From: an uncultured delta proteobacterium
Lineage (GTDB): Bacteria; Myxococcota; Myxococcia; Myxococcales; Anaeromyxobacteraceae
NCBI GenBank assembly: GCA_963845515.1
Contig: CAWJSR010000006.1
Location: 32,001 to 96,000, forward strand
Direction: 5' to 3'
Length of the DNA stretch: 64,000 bases
Part shown: piece after piece, positions 11,145 through 22,416 of the stretch
Layout of the letters: every line of letters starts with the position of its first letter
Position numbering within the stretch: position 1 is the stretch's first letter
Made by a program: the position numbers and the translations under genes
Notes under the pieces: generated by a model
What the model saw: the letters and a program-made list of their open reading frames with translations, nothing else
Database searches by the model: none
What the model was told of the DNA's origin: nothing

Positions 11145-12444
11145 CCGTCGACGCAGGGCGAATACCGCCGTGACGAGGGACCAGAGTTGGACGGCGGAAG
11201 AGGAGAAGCCTCGGCCGACTGCGGCGACGGGACGCAACGAGCGTAACGACGTTCCAGACCACGCTCCAGGTTGGCGACCACCCCATCGCAAGGGCGTCAT
11301 GGAGGCATGGCTCGGCCCTTGGCGTCTCGCATCGAGACGCCGTCGATCGGTCAGGGTGCTGAGATCGGGCAGGCGCTACCCGTAATCGACGCAACACGCA
11401 GCGTGCACGACGCGCATGTGCCAGGTGCCCGGCGGGAAGAGGGCGTCGCGGGCGCCGCTTCTCCACTTGGCGAGCGCCGCCTTGTACGCGATCACGAACT
11501 CCTTCAGCCGCTGGAGCGTCTCGATCCGCTTCCACTTGCTCCGGCACGCGACGCGGGGCTTCAACTGGCGCCGCGGCTCGCCCGACGCCGGGCGGGCGTC
11601 GACGTCCTGACAGAGCACGCCGGCGACGCCGAGGAACGGGCGCCCCTCGCTATCGATCCTCGAGATGGCCACCTGCTCCGCCTCGGCGAGGGACTCGAGG
11701 AGGAGATTCACGAACGACGCATGATCCTTGAAGGCCGGCGGCGGGACGAGCTGAAGCTCGACGACGTCCGGCAGGTCTCCCTTCTCGTCGAAGAAGCCCT
11801 TGGGCTTCCGGATCTTGAGTGGCTCGCCGCCGATCAGGCGCGGGTCGGACCAGGGCCCCGGCCAGTCCGATGCCCGGCGCACGAGCCCTGCGGCGACGGG
11901 GTTCGCGAGGATGTAGACCAGCTTGTCGAGCACGTCGACGGCGCCGACGAGCCTGACGGCGCTGTAGCTCTCGCGGTCCCAGAAGCCCTCCCAGCGCCCG
12001 AGGGAGCAGTTCGTGGCCCTCGCTACGAGCGCGTGGAAGTCGCGCGCGAAGTCGGGGAGGAGCCCGATGGTGTCGGTGATCCCCAGGTGATGGTGGTTCG
12101 ACATGACGCAGAAGGCGTGGACCTGCATCCGGTAGCGCTGCGCATAGAGCGCGAGGGCATACAGGAAGATGTCCCGGGTCTTCTTGCAGGGCTTGAGGAA
12201 GAAGCGGCGCTCCGAGCAACGGCGCGAGAGCATCCAGGTCGTCCCTGCGAAGATCTGGCGAGGAGCAGTCACGCCGCGCCGTAGGGCAACGGGCATGCCG
12301 AGCGGCCCCGTCAGTGCTTTCGCTGGGGATGCGAGAATGGTACCGTCCGCGGGCAGGACGCACGGTCCGCGGATGATTACTCTCGGTCGGGGCTTACGGT
12401 CGGGGCTAGTGATTACTCTCGGTCGGGGCTTAGATTACGCTCGG
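11089..12444 (-). mobile_element. Putative Y1-HUH (RAYT-like) element bounded by inverted, tandemly stuttered end motifs
   Basis: GCCCCGACCGAGAGTAA at 11128-11144 is the exact reverse complement of 12377-12393 and 12413-12429; partial copies at both ends. Confidence 0.7.
11376..12272 (-). CDS. Y1 HUH transposase (REP-associated tyrosine transposase family)
   Basis: FCVMSNHHHL (HUH), FW...Y, YILANPVAAGLV..W. Confidence 0.9.
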   Translation of the reverse strand: MTAPRQIFAGTTWMLSRRCSERRFFLKPCKKTRDIFLYALALYAQRYRMQVHAFCVMSNHHHLGITDTIGLLPDFARDFHALVARATNCSLGRWEGFWDRESYSAVRLVGAVDVLDKLVYILANPVAAGLVRRASDWPGPWSDPRLIGGEPLKIRKPKGFFDEKGDLPDVVELQLVPPPAFKDHASFVNLLLESLAEAEQVAISRIDSEGRPFLGVAGVLCQDVDARPASGEPRRQLKPRVACRSKWKRIETLQRLKEFVIAYKAALAKWRSGARDALFPPGTWHMRVVHAACCVDYG

Positions 12445-14821
12445 AACGGCTGGCGCAGGGTCCCGCGTCAGGCCGTCGGTGGCGGACTCTCGGGGGGGCC
12501 TTCTTCGCGAGGGCCCCCGAGATGGCCTGGGTGAGGTCGGCGACGGTGTATGGCTTGGCGACCGTCCCCGCGAAGCCGTAGTCGCCGAAGGAGGCCATCA
12601 CCGGATCGTTCGAGTAGCCGCTCGTCGCGACGCCGACGACGCCCGGATCGATCGCCCGGATCTGCTTCATCGCCTCGGCTCCACCCATTCCTCCCGGGAC
12701 GGTGAGGTCCATGAGCAGCAGATCGAAGCGCTGCCCGCGCTCGGAGGCGGCGCGGACCCGCGCCACGGCCTCGCCACCGTCTGCCGCCCCCTCCACCTCG
12801 AAGCCGAGCCGCGCCAGGATGACCATCGCGACCTTGCGGACCGCAGGCTCGTCGTCCATGACCAGCACGTGCCCGCGCTCGCGCGCGGCGGGAGCGGCCC
12901 GGGCGGCGCGCGGCTCCGGGGCCGCCGCCCTCGTCGCCGCCGGGAGGTAGACGTCGAAGGTGGTCCCCTCGCCCTGCCTGGAGGTGACGGTCACGTGGCC
13001 ACCGTGCTTGTGCGTGATCGAGTAGACCGAGGCGAGCCCCAGGCCGTGTCCGCCGGCCCTGGTGGTGAAGTAGGGGTCGAAGATCCGCGGCAGGTGCTCG
13101 GGCGGGATCCCCGAGCCCTGGTCAGTCACCTCGAGCCGCACGTACGGACCCGCGGGCAGCGACGGGACCTGGCCGTCCGCGAGCTCCACGTTGGCGCAGG
13201 AGATCCTGATCAGCCCACCCCGAGGCATCGCCTGGACGGCGTTGATGACGAGGTTGTGGACCACCTGGCCGAGCTGGCCTCCGTCGGCCTCGACCGCCCA
13301 GAGATCCGGGGCGAAGTCGTGCTCGGCTCGGACGGACGAGCCGCTGAGCGCGAAGCGGGAGGACTCCTCGACGATGGCTCGGACCGTGATCACCTTCTTC
13401 ACGGGGGTGCCTCCCCTGGAGAAGGTTAGCAGCTGCTGGGTCAGGGAGCGGGTCCGAAGGGTGGCCTGCTCCGCCTCGCCCAGCAGCTCGGTCGCCTCGA
13501 CGGGATCGTGGATCACCTCGCGCGCGAGCGAGATGTTCCCGAGGATGCCCATCAGCAGATTGTTGAAGTCGTGTGCGATGCCGCCCGCCAGCACGCCGAG
13601 CGACTCGAGCTTCCTCATCGTGAGGAGCTCGCCCTCCAGCCGCCTGCGCTCGGTCAGGTCGACGAAGGTGACCACCGCGCCGGCTCCCTGCCCGTCGCGG
13701 AACATCGGGTAGGACCAGATCTCCACCGGGAAGCGGGTGCCGTCGGCCCTCCAGAGCAGCTCGTCGTCGGAGTGGTATCCCTTCCGGTCACGCAGCGTCC
13801 GGTAGATCCGGCAGTCCTCCTCCAGGACCTTCCCGCCGTCCGCCGCCGAGTGGTGGACGAGCGCGTGCATGTTCCGGCCGATCAGCTCCTCGGGAGCCGA
13901 GTAGCCGAGCATCCGGGCGCACGCCGGGTTGCAGAAGGTGCAGAGCCCGTCCGGGGAGATGCCGTAGATCGCCTCGGCCGTCGACTCCAAGAGGAGCCGA
14001 ACGTGGGCCTCGCGCTCGGCAACCGCCTCCTGCGCCCGCGTCCTGGCGGCGAGCGCCTCGGTCAGCTGCTCGGTGCGGTGCGCGACGGTGGACTCGAGGT
14101 CGGTCTGGGACACCAGCGTCGTCGCCAGCCGCTCCGCCATGTCGTTGAAGGCGCGGCCGATCTCCCCGATCTCGTCCTGTCGTCTCGCGATGGCCAGGCG
14201 GCGGCGCAGATCTCCAGCCCCGACTCCGCGGATCCCCTCCAGCAGCGGAGTGATCGAGCTCCTGAGGAGCAGCCGCACGAAGCCGGCGCCGACGAGCGCG
14301 GCGATGAGCGCCGCGCCGACCACGCCCGAGGCGGTCCGGGCGAGCAGCCCGAGCCGGCGGACCTCCAGCTGCGAGAGGTCGACGCCGAGCGCGATCGAGC
14401 CCACCACGCGCCCCTCCCGCGCCTCATCCACCTCGCCGAAGCGCACGCCCGCCCCGCGGTGGCGCGCGCCGTCCGGGTACTCCCGGACGGGGTGGTCGAA
14501 CTCCACGACGCTGCCGCGCGCCGCAGCGACCCAGCGGCCGGCGCGGACCTCGCCGTCGGCCGACTTCACGAAGACGTACGCGATCTCGCGGTCGACGATC
14601 GAGCCGATGAGCGCGGCGTCCACCGCGTCGTAGTCCCCCGCCACGACGTCGGCGCTGATGTGGGCAGCGAGGTGTTCGCCGAGCAGCTCGATCCGGCGGT
14701 CCAGCTCGCTCCGGAGGGTGCGCTCCTCCTCGACGACGAAGAACCACCCGAGCGTGCCGCCGAGCAAGAGGACGGTCGCGAGGACGATGAGGTTGATCTT
14801 GAAGGCGATCCCTACGCGCAC
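12413..14821 (-). CDS. Membrane hybrid sensor histidine kinase (HAMP-PAS-HisKA-HATPase-REC)
   Basis: Two TM segments, DEIGEIGRAFNDM, PAS, AHDFNN, NAVQAM, DQGSGI, GLGL, REC; C-terminal end uncertain (G7 run near 12492). Confidence 0.93.
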   Translation of the reverse strand: MRVGIAFKINLIVLATVLLLGGTLGWFFVVEEERTLRSELDRRIELLGEHLAAHISADVVAGDYDAVDAALIGSIVDREIAYVFVKSADGEVRAGRWVAAARGSVVEFDHPVREYPDGARHRGAGVRFGEVDEAREGRVVGSIALGVDLSQLEVRRLGLLARTASGVVGAALIAALVGAGFVRLLLRSSITPLLEGIRGVGAGDLRRRLAIARRQDEIGEIGRAFNDMAERLATTLVSQTDLESTVAHRTEQLTEALAARTRAQEAVAEREAHVRLLLESTAEAIYGISPDGLCTFCNPACARMLGYSAPEELIGRNMHALVHHSAADGGKVLEEDCRIYRTLRDRKGYHSDDELLWRADGTRFPVEIWSYPMFRDGQGAGAVVTFVDLTERRRLEGELLTMRKLESLGVLAGGIAHDFNNLLMGILGNISLAREVIHDPVEATELLGEAEQATLRTRSLTQQLLTFSRGGTPVKKVITVRAIVEESSRFALSGSSVRAEHDFAPDLWAVEADGGQLGQVVHNLVINAVQAMPRGGLIRISCANVELADGQVPSLPAGPYVRLEVTDQGSGIPPEHLPRIFDPYFTTRAGGHGLGLASVYSITHKHGGHVTVTSRQGEGTTFDVYLPAATRAAAPEPRAARAAPAARERGHVLVMDDEPAVRKVAMVILARLGFEVEGAADGGEAVARVRAASERGQRFDLLLMDLTVPGGMGGAEAMKQIRAIDPGVVGVATSGYSNDPVMASFGDYGFAGTVAKPYTVADLTQAISGALAKKAPPRVRHRRPDAGPCASRSERNLSPDRE

Positions 14822-14847
14822 GGAGCCCCCCGCCGCCCGGCGGCCGG

Positions 14848-15859
14848 TCAGCCCTCCTTGAAGCCGATGGTGTAGCGGAACGATCCCGGCAGGCAGTAGT
14901 CGAGCGGGCGGCCGTCCACCTCGCAGTACGGGTACATGAAGTAGTTCACCTTCGCGGAGTTCCCCTCCGGGAAGTCGAGGCCACGTCCGCCCTTCTGGAG
15001 CTGGATCCGGAACTCGTCCACGCCGCCGAAGTAGTACTCGCGGTAGGGCTTCGCGGCCGCGAGGTCGAGCTTCTTCGCCAGCATCACCGTCCGCACGTCT
15101 GCCGGATCCACGGGCACCCAGCCGGTGCCGGGCAGGTAGAACTCGGCCCAGCAGTGATGGCCGTCGGTGATGTCGGTCTGCCCCGGCTGTCCGAGCCGCA
15201 GACCGAAGACCTCGCGGGCGGGGACGCCTGCGGCCCGCGCGACGGCGACGAAGACCGAGCTGATGTCCGCGCACTTCCCGGTCCGCTGCGCGATGGTCAC
15301 CTCCACCTTGCCGAGGCCGCAGCCCTGGCACGGCGGGATCGCGCTTCGTGTTCTCGACGACCCAGTCGTAGACCGCGCGGGCCCTGGCGAGGGTCCCCTT
15401 CTTCCCCGCCGTCACCTGCGCGGCCACCGCCTTGACGCGCGGATCCTCGACGGGGACGAAGAACTCGGACTCCAGGAACTTGCGGACCTCGACAGGGAAG
15501 GGCCCGTCGCCGTTCACGAGCGTCTTGACGCGCTGCGCCCTCGACCTCGCGTGGAACGAGACGGTGAGCCTGCGCTCCTCCATTGGCGCCTTCCACTCGG
15601 TGTAGAGGTAGAGGGCGCCGCTGTTGGGCTCGCGCGAGAAGCTGAAGGTCGAGTAGTTGCCCTCGAAGCGAAGGTTGGAGATCGACTGGTCCAGATCGGA
15701 CGTCGGGTAGGGGAACCAGAGCTTCACGTTCCTGGCGCCACTGGGCGCTGCGACCTCGATCGAGAAGGTGACCGTGCCCGCGCGCTCAGCAGCGAGCGCC
15801 GGACCCGCGGCGAGCGAGAGCGCCGTGCAGAGAAGACCGCCGATGTTCGTTGGCCGCAT
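14848..15859 (-). CDS. Secreted transglutaminase-like (Cys-His-Asp) protein; 1-nt frameshift near 15327
   Basis: Signal peptide; GKCADISSVF, HCWAEFY, GWVPVDPAD. Confidence 0.88.
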
Positions 15860-16010
15860 TTCACCCCCGCGCGCGACGTCGCAGCCTCGCGACGGCGAGT
15901 GAGAACGTTACCTCGCTACGCGCGGCCAGATCGACCGGCGGTGGCCGAAAACGAACGCTTTTCTCACCGAGCGCGTCAGTCCGAAGGGGGCTGCGCGTGT
16001 GGCGCGCGCG

Positions 16011-17420
16011 CTATCCGCGCCCGGCGCGCGTGAGCTTCATCGGGTCGAGCAGCCGCCTGGCGTCAGCGAGGGTGAGCCCGCCCATCTCCACCGCCAGCTC
16101 CACGATCGAGCGGCCCGTCCGCGTCGACTCCTTCACGATCCGGGCTGCCTCGGCGTAGCCGAGACGTGGGGCCAGCGCGGTCGCGAGGCTGACGGTCCGC
16201 TCGGCGTTGAGCCGGCAGCGGGCAGCGTCGGGCTCGAGGCCACGGGCGCAGCGCCGGTCGAAGGCGCGGACCGCCGCCGCGAGGATCTCGAGGGCGTGAC
16301 ACAGATCCCACGCCACCAGCGGCATCATCACGTTCAGCTCCTGCTGGCCGCCGGCGGCGGCCCACGCGATCGCCCCGTCCATGCCGATCACCTGGTAGCC
16401 GACCATGGCCAGCATCTCCGCCATCGACGGGTTCACCTTCCCCGGCATGATCGAGGAGCCTGGCTGGACCGGGGGGAGGCGAAGCTCGGCGAGGCCGGTG
16501 TTGGGGCCGCTGCCGAGGAGCCGGATGTCGCCGCCGATCCGCACGAGCTCCAGCGCGGAGGTTCGGAGCGTGCCGGAGAGCGCCACGAACGGTGCGAGCG
16601 ACTGCATCGCGTAGAACGGGTTGGGGGCCGGTGTCAGCGGCACCCCGGTGAGCCTCTCCAGCTCCCTGACGACGAGGGGACGGTAGCGCGGGTGGGCGTT
16701 GAGCCCGGTGCCGACCGCGGTGCCGCCGAGCCCGAGGAGGGAGAGCTCGGGGAGCGCGTCGCGGATCCGCCCGGCCGCCGCTCGGAGCGCCGCCGCCCAA
16801 CCGGACACCTCCTGGCCGAGCAGGATCGGCGTCGCGTCCATCAGGTGCGTCCGCCCCGACTTCACGATCCCCTCCCATCGGCGCGCCTTCCCCTCGAAGG
16901 TCGCGGCGAGCGCCTGGATGGCGTCGGCGGTCTCGGGCGCGAGCTCCAGCGCGGCGAGGCGCATTGCGGTCGGCACCACGTCGTTGGTCGACTGCGCCAT
17001 GTTCACGTCGTCGTTGGGATCGACCAGCCGCTCGGATCCGCGGCGGCCGCCCAGGAGCTCCGTCGCGCGGTTGGCCAGGACCTCGTTGACGTTCATGTGG
17101 TGCGACGTCCCGGCGCCCGCCTGGTAGGCATCGACCACGAACTGGTCGCGCCAGCGCCCGGCGAGGACCTCCTTCGCCGCGGCCTCGATGGCGCGCGCCT
17201 TCTTCAGGGGGAGGAGCCGCAGCCGGCCGTTCACCCGGGCGGCCGCGATCTTGATCTTGATGGTCGCGTCGACGAAGGCGGGGTGGGCGCGCAGCGAGGA
17301 GATGGGGAAGTTCTCCACCGCGCGCGCCGTCTGGGCGCCGTAGAGGGCGCTGGCGGGGACGCGCATCTCCCCCATCGTGTCCTTCTCGATCCTCGTGCGC
17401 TGCCTCGTGCGGGTCGCCAT
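16011..17420 (-). CDS. aspA: Aspartate ammonia-lyase / class II fumarase family
   Basis: QAGAGTS, QSTNDV, GRTHLMDA, GSSIMPGKVNP; aspA versus fumC not fully resolved. Confidence 0.85.
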   Translation of the reverse strand: MATRTRQRTRIEKDTMGEMRVPASALYGAQTARAVENFPISSLRAHPAFVDATIKIKIAAARVNGRLRLLPLKKARAIEAAAKEVLAGRWRDQFVVDAYQAGAGTSHHMNVNEVLANRATELLGGRRGSERLVDPNDDVNMAQSTNDVVPTAMRLAALELAPETADAIQALAATFEGKARRWEGIVKSGRTHLMDATPILLGQEVSGWAAALRAAAGRIRDALPELSLLGLGGTAVGTGLNAHPRYRPLVVRELERLTGVPLTPAPNPFYAMQSLAPFVALSGTLRTSALELVRIGGDIRLLGSGPNTGLAELRLPPVQPGSSIMPGKVNPSMAEMLAMVGYQVIGMDGAIAWAAAGGQQELNVMMPLVAWDLCHALEILAAAVRAFDRRCARGLEPDAARCRLNAERTVSLATALAPRLGYAEAARIVKESTRTGRSIVELAVEMGGLTLADARRLLDPMKLTRAGRG

Positions 17421-17483
17421 GGCGGGCTCCAGTCCCAGTAGATGTGGGATTGGTACCGGAGTATGCCGCAGCGAGGGGAGCCC

Positions 17484-17517
17484 AAATTGGAAGAGGCCCG
17501 CATGAGCGGGCCCCTTC
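17484..17517 (-). terminator. Intrinsic terminator-like hairpin
   Basis: GAAGGGGCCCGC-TCAT-GCGGGCCTCTTC followed by CAATTT; the single mismatch is a G-U pair only on the minus strand. Confidence 0.6.
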
Positions 17518-17644
17518 GTAGCTAACTCAACGCTCTCTTCGGTTCGAGCGTGACCCCGGTCTTCAATCCGGGCTGGACTGCAAGTCGATGTGGGACTGCG
17601 ACGGCTCTACGATGCCTGCCTCCCTTGTTGTTTCGTTCGACTTC
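17484..17644 (-). ncRNA. Candidate structured sRNA or aspA leader RNA
   Basis: TATGAT -10 box (17651-17656, minus strand), three stem-loops and a terminal hairpin in an ORF-free, AT-richer gap. Confidence 0.5.
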
Positions 17645-17794
17645 AAAAGGATCATAAGCACAGTTCGGGGCGGCGCACGAAGGATCGATCGAAGATTTTC
17701 AGCCGCCGAGATCTCGCGGGGAAATTGCGTCGACAATCTGCGGAGATGGCCCCGAGGACTGTCGGGGGTGCCACGAACAGGGCTTGCGCCTGCC

Positions 17795-19555
<1,761 letters not shown>

Positions 19556-19731
19556 GCGGCGCACTCTACACCGGCGGCCCCACGTGGGCCGAAGGGGGGC
19601 TAGACGGCTGGCGCGAGAGAAGGCTCGACTTCACGGGAAGGACGGGTCGGCGCGCGCTGCAGGTCGCGGCGTGCCCGGAGCCCGGCGCCCAGTCGGGGCT
19701 CGTGAACCACCGAACCCAGGAGCGTGAAGCG

Positions 19732-20196
19732 ATGGCAATGGGAATGAAGGATGCCGAGGCTGCCCTCGATCACATCGACAGCGCCGTCACCCGGCTCTTC
19801 CGCCGGATGGCCGACTGGACCGTGAAGGTGCTGGTCCCGGTCGCGATCCTGGCGCTGATGATGGGGGTGGCCAGGGTCCTTCTGGACCTCTGGCACGTCT
19901 GGAAGAGCCCCACGATCGGGGAGGGCTTCGACCTCCTCGTCGCCGACATCCTCTCGGCCTTCGTGGTGATCGAGCTGCTGAAGAGCATCGTCGAGTACTT
20001 CGACGCGCACCACCTGAAGATCGTCCTGATCCTGGACGCGGCGGTCGTCTTCCTGCTCCGCGAGTCGATGATCGGGGTCTTTCAGCACAAGCTCTCGGCC
20101 GCCGAGGTCGCCGCGCTCGCGGCGTTGCTCGCGGTCGTCGGGGCGTTCCGCGTGGCAGCGGCTCGCCTGCTACCAGAGGAAGGAGGAGTCAGATGA
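19732..20196 (+). CDS. PsiE-family membrane protein
   Basis: DILSAFVVIELLKSIVEYF...LRE pattern, four hydrophobic segments. Confidence 0.8.
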   Translation: MAMGMKDAEAALDHIDSAVTRLFRRMADWTVKVLVPVAILALMMGVARVLLDLWHVWKSPTIGEGFDLLVADILSAFVVIELLKSIVEYFDAHHLKIVLILDAAVVFLLRESMIGVFQHKLSAAEVAALAALLAVVGAFRVAAARLLPEEGGVR

Positions 20197-20351
20197 ACAC
20201 AGATCGGATCTTCGTGGTCGAGCGGCCGTTCCCGCGCTTCGTCGGCTTCCGCGCCCTCCGCGTCTTCGTGAGGGCGCGGCGCAACAGCCAGCGGCTGCTC
20301 GCCGTGGGCGTCGCGCTGGGGATCATCTTCATGCTGATCCACTGGAGCTAG
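20193..20351 (+). CDS. 52-aa small membrane protein (below ORF-track cutoff)
   Basis: GGAGGAG RBS, ATGA overlap with the PsiE gene, C-terminal TM helix LLAVGVALGIIFMLIHW. Confidence 0.6.
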   Translation: MNTDRIFVVERPFPRFVGFRALRVFVRARRNSQRLLAVGVALGIIFMLIHWS

Positions 20352-20360
20352 GCATCTGGT

Positions 20361-21026
20361 TCACCGGGCCGGGGCGTCGCCGCCCCGGCCCGGTCGTGCG
20401 CCGATCCCCGCCAGCATGACGATCACGGCGACGGCCTGCACCACGTGGAAGAGGCCGTTGTGGTCGAGCGGGACGCCGACGTCCATCGAGAGGTTGCTCG
20501 CCTGCACGCCGGCGGCCACGAGGTTCAGCAGGATCCCGGCGGCGATGACGCCCGCGCCGGGGAGCCGCCTGCGGGCGGCGAGCAGCAGGTAGATCGCGAG
20601 GGCAGAGAGCATCGCTGCCGCCTCGTAGGCCACGAAGACGATGAAGGCGCCGCCCAGCAGCTGGGCGGACGCGTAGAAGGCCACCCCCGCCGAGAGGAGC
20701 GGCCAGCGCGCGCGCCGGGCGGCGCGCTCGCCGCCGAGGTCGTGGATGGCCGCGACGAGGAAGGCGGCCACGAGCAGTCCCAGGAGCAGGTAGAGCGGGT
20801 GCCACAGGAGCGCGCGCGTCCGCGCGGGCAGGTCCAGGCCGTGGGCGATCGCGCCGAGCGCCGAGGCGCCGGCGAGCAGCAGGAAGACCAGCGACCAGGC
20901 GCGTGCGCGCGCGGGCTCGATGCGGGGGCGCGTGCGGATCCAGCGGGCTCCAGCGGCAGCCAGGAGTGCGAGCAGCGCGTCGGTCGCGCCGGTCGTGAGC
21001 TCGGTGGTGACGGGGTTCAGGTGCAC
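20361..21026 (-). CDS. Multi-pass membrane protein (DUF6962-like)
   Basis: E.TT..TD, GAIAHG, DHNGLFH motifs; about 7 TM segments. Confidence 0.65.
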   Translation of the reverse strand: MHLNPVTTELTTGATDALLALLAAAGARWIRTRPRIEPARARAWSLVFLLLAGASALGAIAHGLDLPARTRALLWHPLYLLLGLLVAAFLVAAIHDLGGERAARRARWPLLSAGVAFYASAQLLGGAFIVFVAYEAAAMLSALAIYLLLAARRRLPGAGVIAAGILLNLVAAGVQASNLSMDVGVPLDHNGLFHVVQAVAVIVMLAGIGARPGRGGDAPAR

Positions 21027-21070
21027 GCGGCGTGAGGATAAAACCGCGAGGGCTCGTGCGTCGATGGCCG

Positions 21071-21967
21071 TCAGTCCGGCAGGAGCGCGCGCTGGACGTC
21101 GGCGAAGTCGGCGGGCGGCGAAGCCTCGAAGACCAGCGTCGCTCCGGTGACGGGGTGCGGGATCTCGAGGCGCGCGGCGTGGAGCATGACGCGCGGGATC
21201 GCCACCTCGCCGACCCGCCGCGCGCCGCCGTAGCGTGGGTCGCCCAGGAGCGACGCGCCGAGGTGGGCGAGGTGGACGCGGACCTGGTGCGTGCGCCCGG
21301 TCTCGGGGCGAGCCTCGACCAGCGCCGCCAGCGGCCCCTCGCGCAGCGTGCGGTACCGGGTCGCCGCGGCCTCGCCGCGCGGATCGACGAGCCGGAGGCC
21401 GGCGCGCTTCGGGTCCTTGCCCAGCGGCTCTGCGATCCGGCCGGCGGGCGGCGACGGCGCCCTTCCGCAGAGCGCGAGGTAGGTCTTCTCGGGGACCCCC
21501 GAGCGGAAGGCCTCTGCGAGGGCGGCTGCAGCCGCCTTGGACCTCGCGAAGACGGTGACGCCGCTCGTCTCGCGATCGAGCCGGTGGACGAGGATCGCCG
21601 GACCGCCGAGCAGGGCGGCGACCAGGTCCGGGAGCGTCCCTCGATCGCTCGTGAGCGTCGCCTGCGCCGCGATGCCGGCCGGCTTGTCCACCGCGGCGAT
21701 GTCGGCGTCGGAGTAGAGGAGGCGCGAGCGCTCGAGCGGGCCGGGTGCGGCCGCCTCGCGGCCACCCTCCTCGAGGTTCGCGATGACCTGCTGGCCGGGC
21801 CACACCTTCCTCGCCGCGATCTTGCAGCGGTGGCCGTCGACGAAGACGCCGCCCGTGTCGATCGCCCGCCGGGCGAGACCGCGGGCCATCCCGCCGCGCG
21901 CCGCGAGGAAGCGGTCGAGCCGCTCGGCCTTCTCGGCTTCGCCGACTACCAGCGAGATCCGCTTCAA
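21071..21967 (-). CDS. RluA/RluD-family pseudouridine synthase with S4 domain
   Basis: RLDRFL, KPAG, HRLDRETSG, TGRTHQVRVH, GDPRYG. Confidence 0.93.
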   Translation of the reverse strand: MKRISLVVGEAEKAERLDRFLAARGGMARGLARRAIDTGGVFVDGHRCKIAARKVWPGQQVIANLEEGGREAAAPGPLERSRLLYSDADIAAVDKPAGIAAQATLTSDRGTLPDLVAALLGGPAILVHRLDRETSGVTVFARSKAAAAALAEAFRSGVPEKTYLALCGRAPSPPAGRIAEPLGKDPKRAGLRLVDPRGEAAATRYRTLREGPLAALVEARPETGRTHQVRVHLAHLGASLLGDPRYGGARRVGEVAIPRVMLHAARLEIPHPVTGATLVFEASPPADFADVQRALLPD

Positions 21968-21986
21968 GGAGTGGTGGTCGGCGCGG

Positions 21987-22280
21987 TCAGGTGTTGGCCG
22001 GGTTGGACGGGCAGGAGGCGCAGGCGCCGCCAGCGGCCGGCGAGCAGCTGGGCTCGGCGGCCTTCGGCTCGGCCTTCTCGCCGGGGGTGACGTGACCGGG
22101 GCTCTTGCCGCCGTAGTCGGTGATGTAGAAGCCCGAGCCCTTGAACGAGAAGGCGCTCGCGGACATGAGCTTCCTCACCGCGGAGCCGCAGGCGTCGTGG
22201 CTCTCCAGCGGCGCGTCCGACATCTTCTGGATGACGTCGAACTTCCCGCACTTCGGACACTCGTACTCGTAGATCGGCAT
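21987..22280 (-). CDS. FmdB-family zinc-ribbon protein
   Basis: MPIYEYECPKCG..FKGSGFYITDY. Confidence 0.92.
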   Translation of the reverse strand: MPIYEYECPKCGKFDVIQKMSDAPLESHDACGSAVRKLMSASAFSFKGSGFYITDYGGKSPGHVTPGEKAEPKAAEPSCSPAAGGACASCPSNPANT

Positions 22281-22301
22281 CGCTGCACATCTCCGCCCTT
22301 G

Positions 22302-22329
22302 AACGTAGTCACGCTGGGCATGCTGTCAA
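22302..22329 (-). promoter_or_regulatory. Sigma70-like promoter for the FmdB-family gene
   Basis: TTGACA-N16-TACGTT on the minus strand, about 20 nt upstream of the ATG. Confidence 0.5.
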
Positions 22330-22416
22330 ACCGGACCGCTCGCGCGGGCGCTCGCCCTGGAATGAGAGCGCATGAAAAGCCTTTCCGGTTCGGCCGGGGA
22401 GGGGGAAGCTTTTACC

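Noticed and set aside
12374..12444. 23-bp direct repeats as a mini CRISPR array
   Set aside because: Only two full copies, a 13-nt spacer that is itself a repeat fragment, and no cas genes; better explained as element ends.
7270..12444. Whole accessory block as one integrative element or prophage
   Set aside because: No flanking att direct repeats, tRNA, tyrosine integrase or phage genes found; it looks like independent nested events.
12413..15859. 1148-aa ORF as a transglutaminase-histidine kinase fusion
   Set aside because: A frameshift near 15327 creates the join. The linking segment is off-frame Arg-rich sequence and the real transglutaminase C-terminus lies in another frame with its own stop at 14848.
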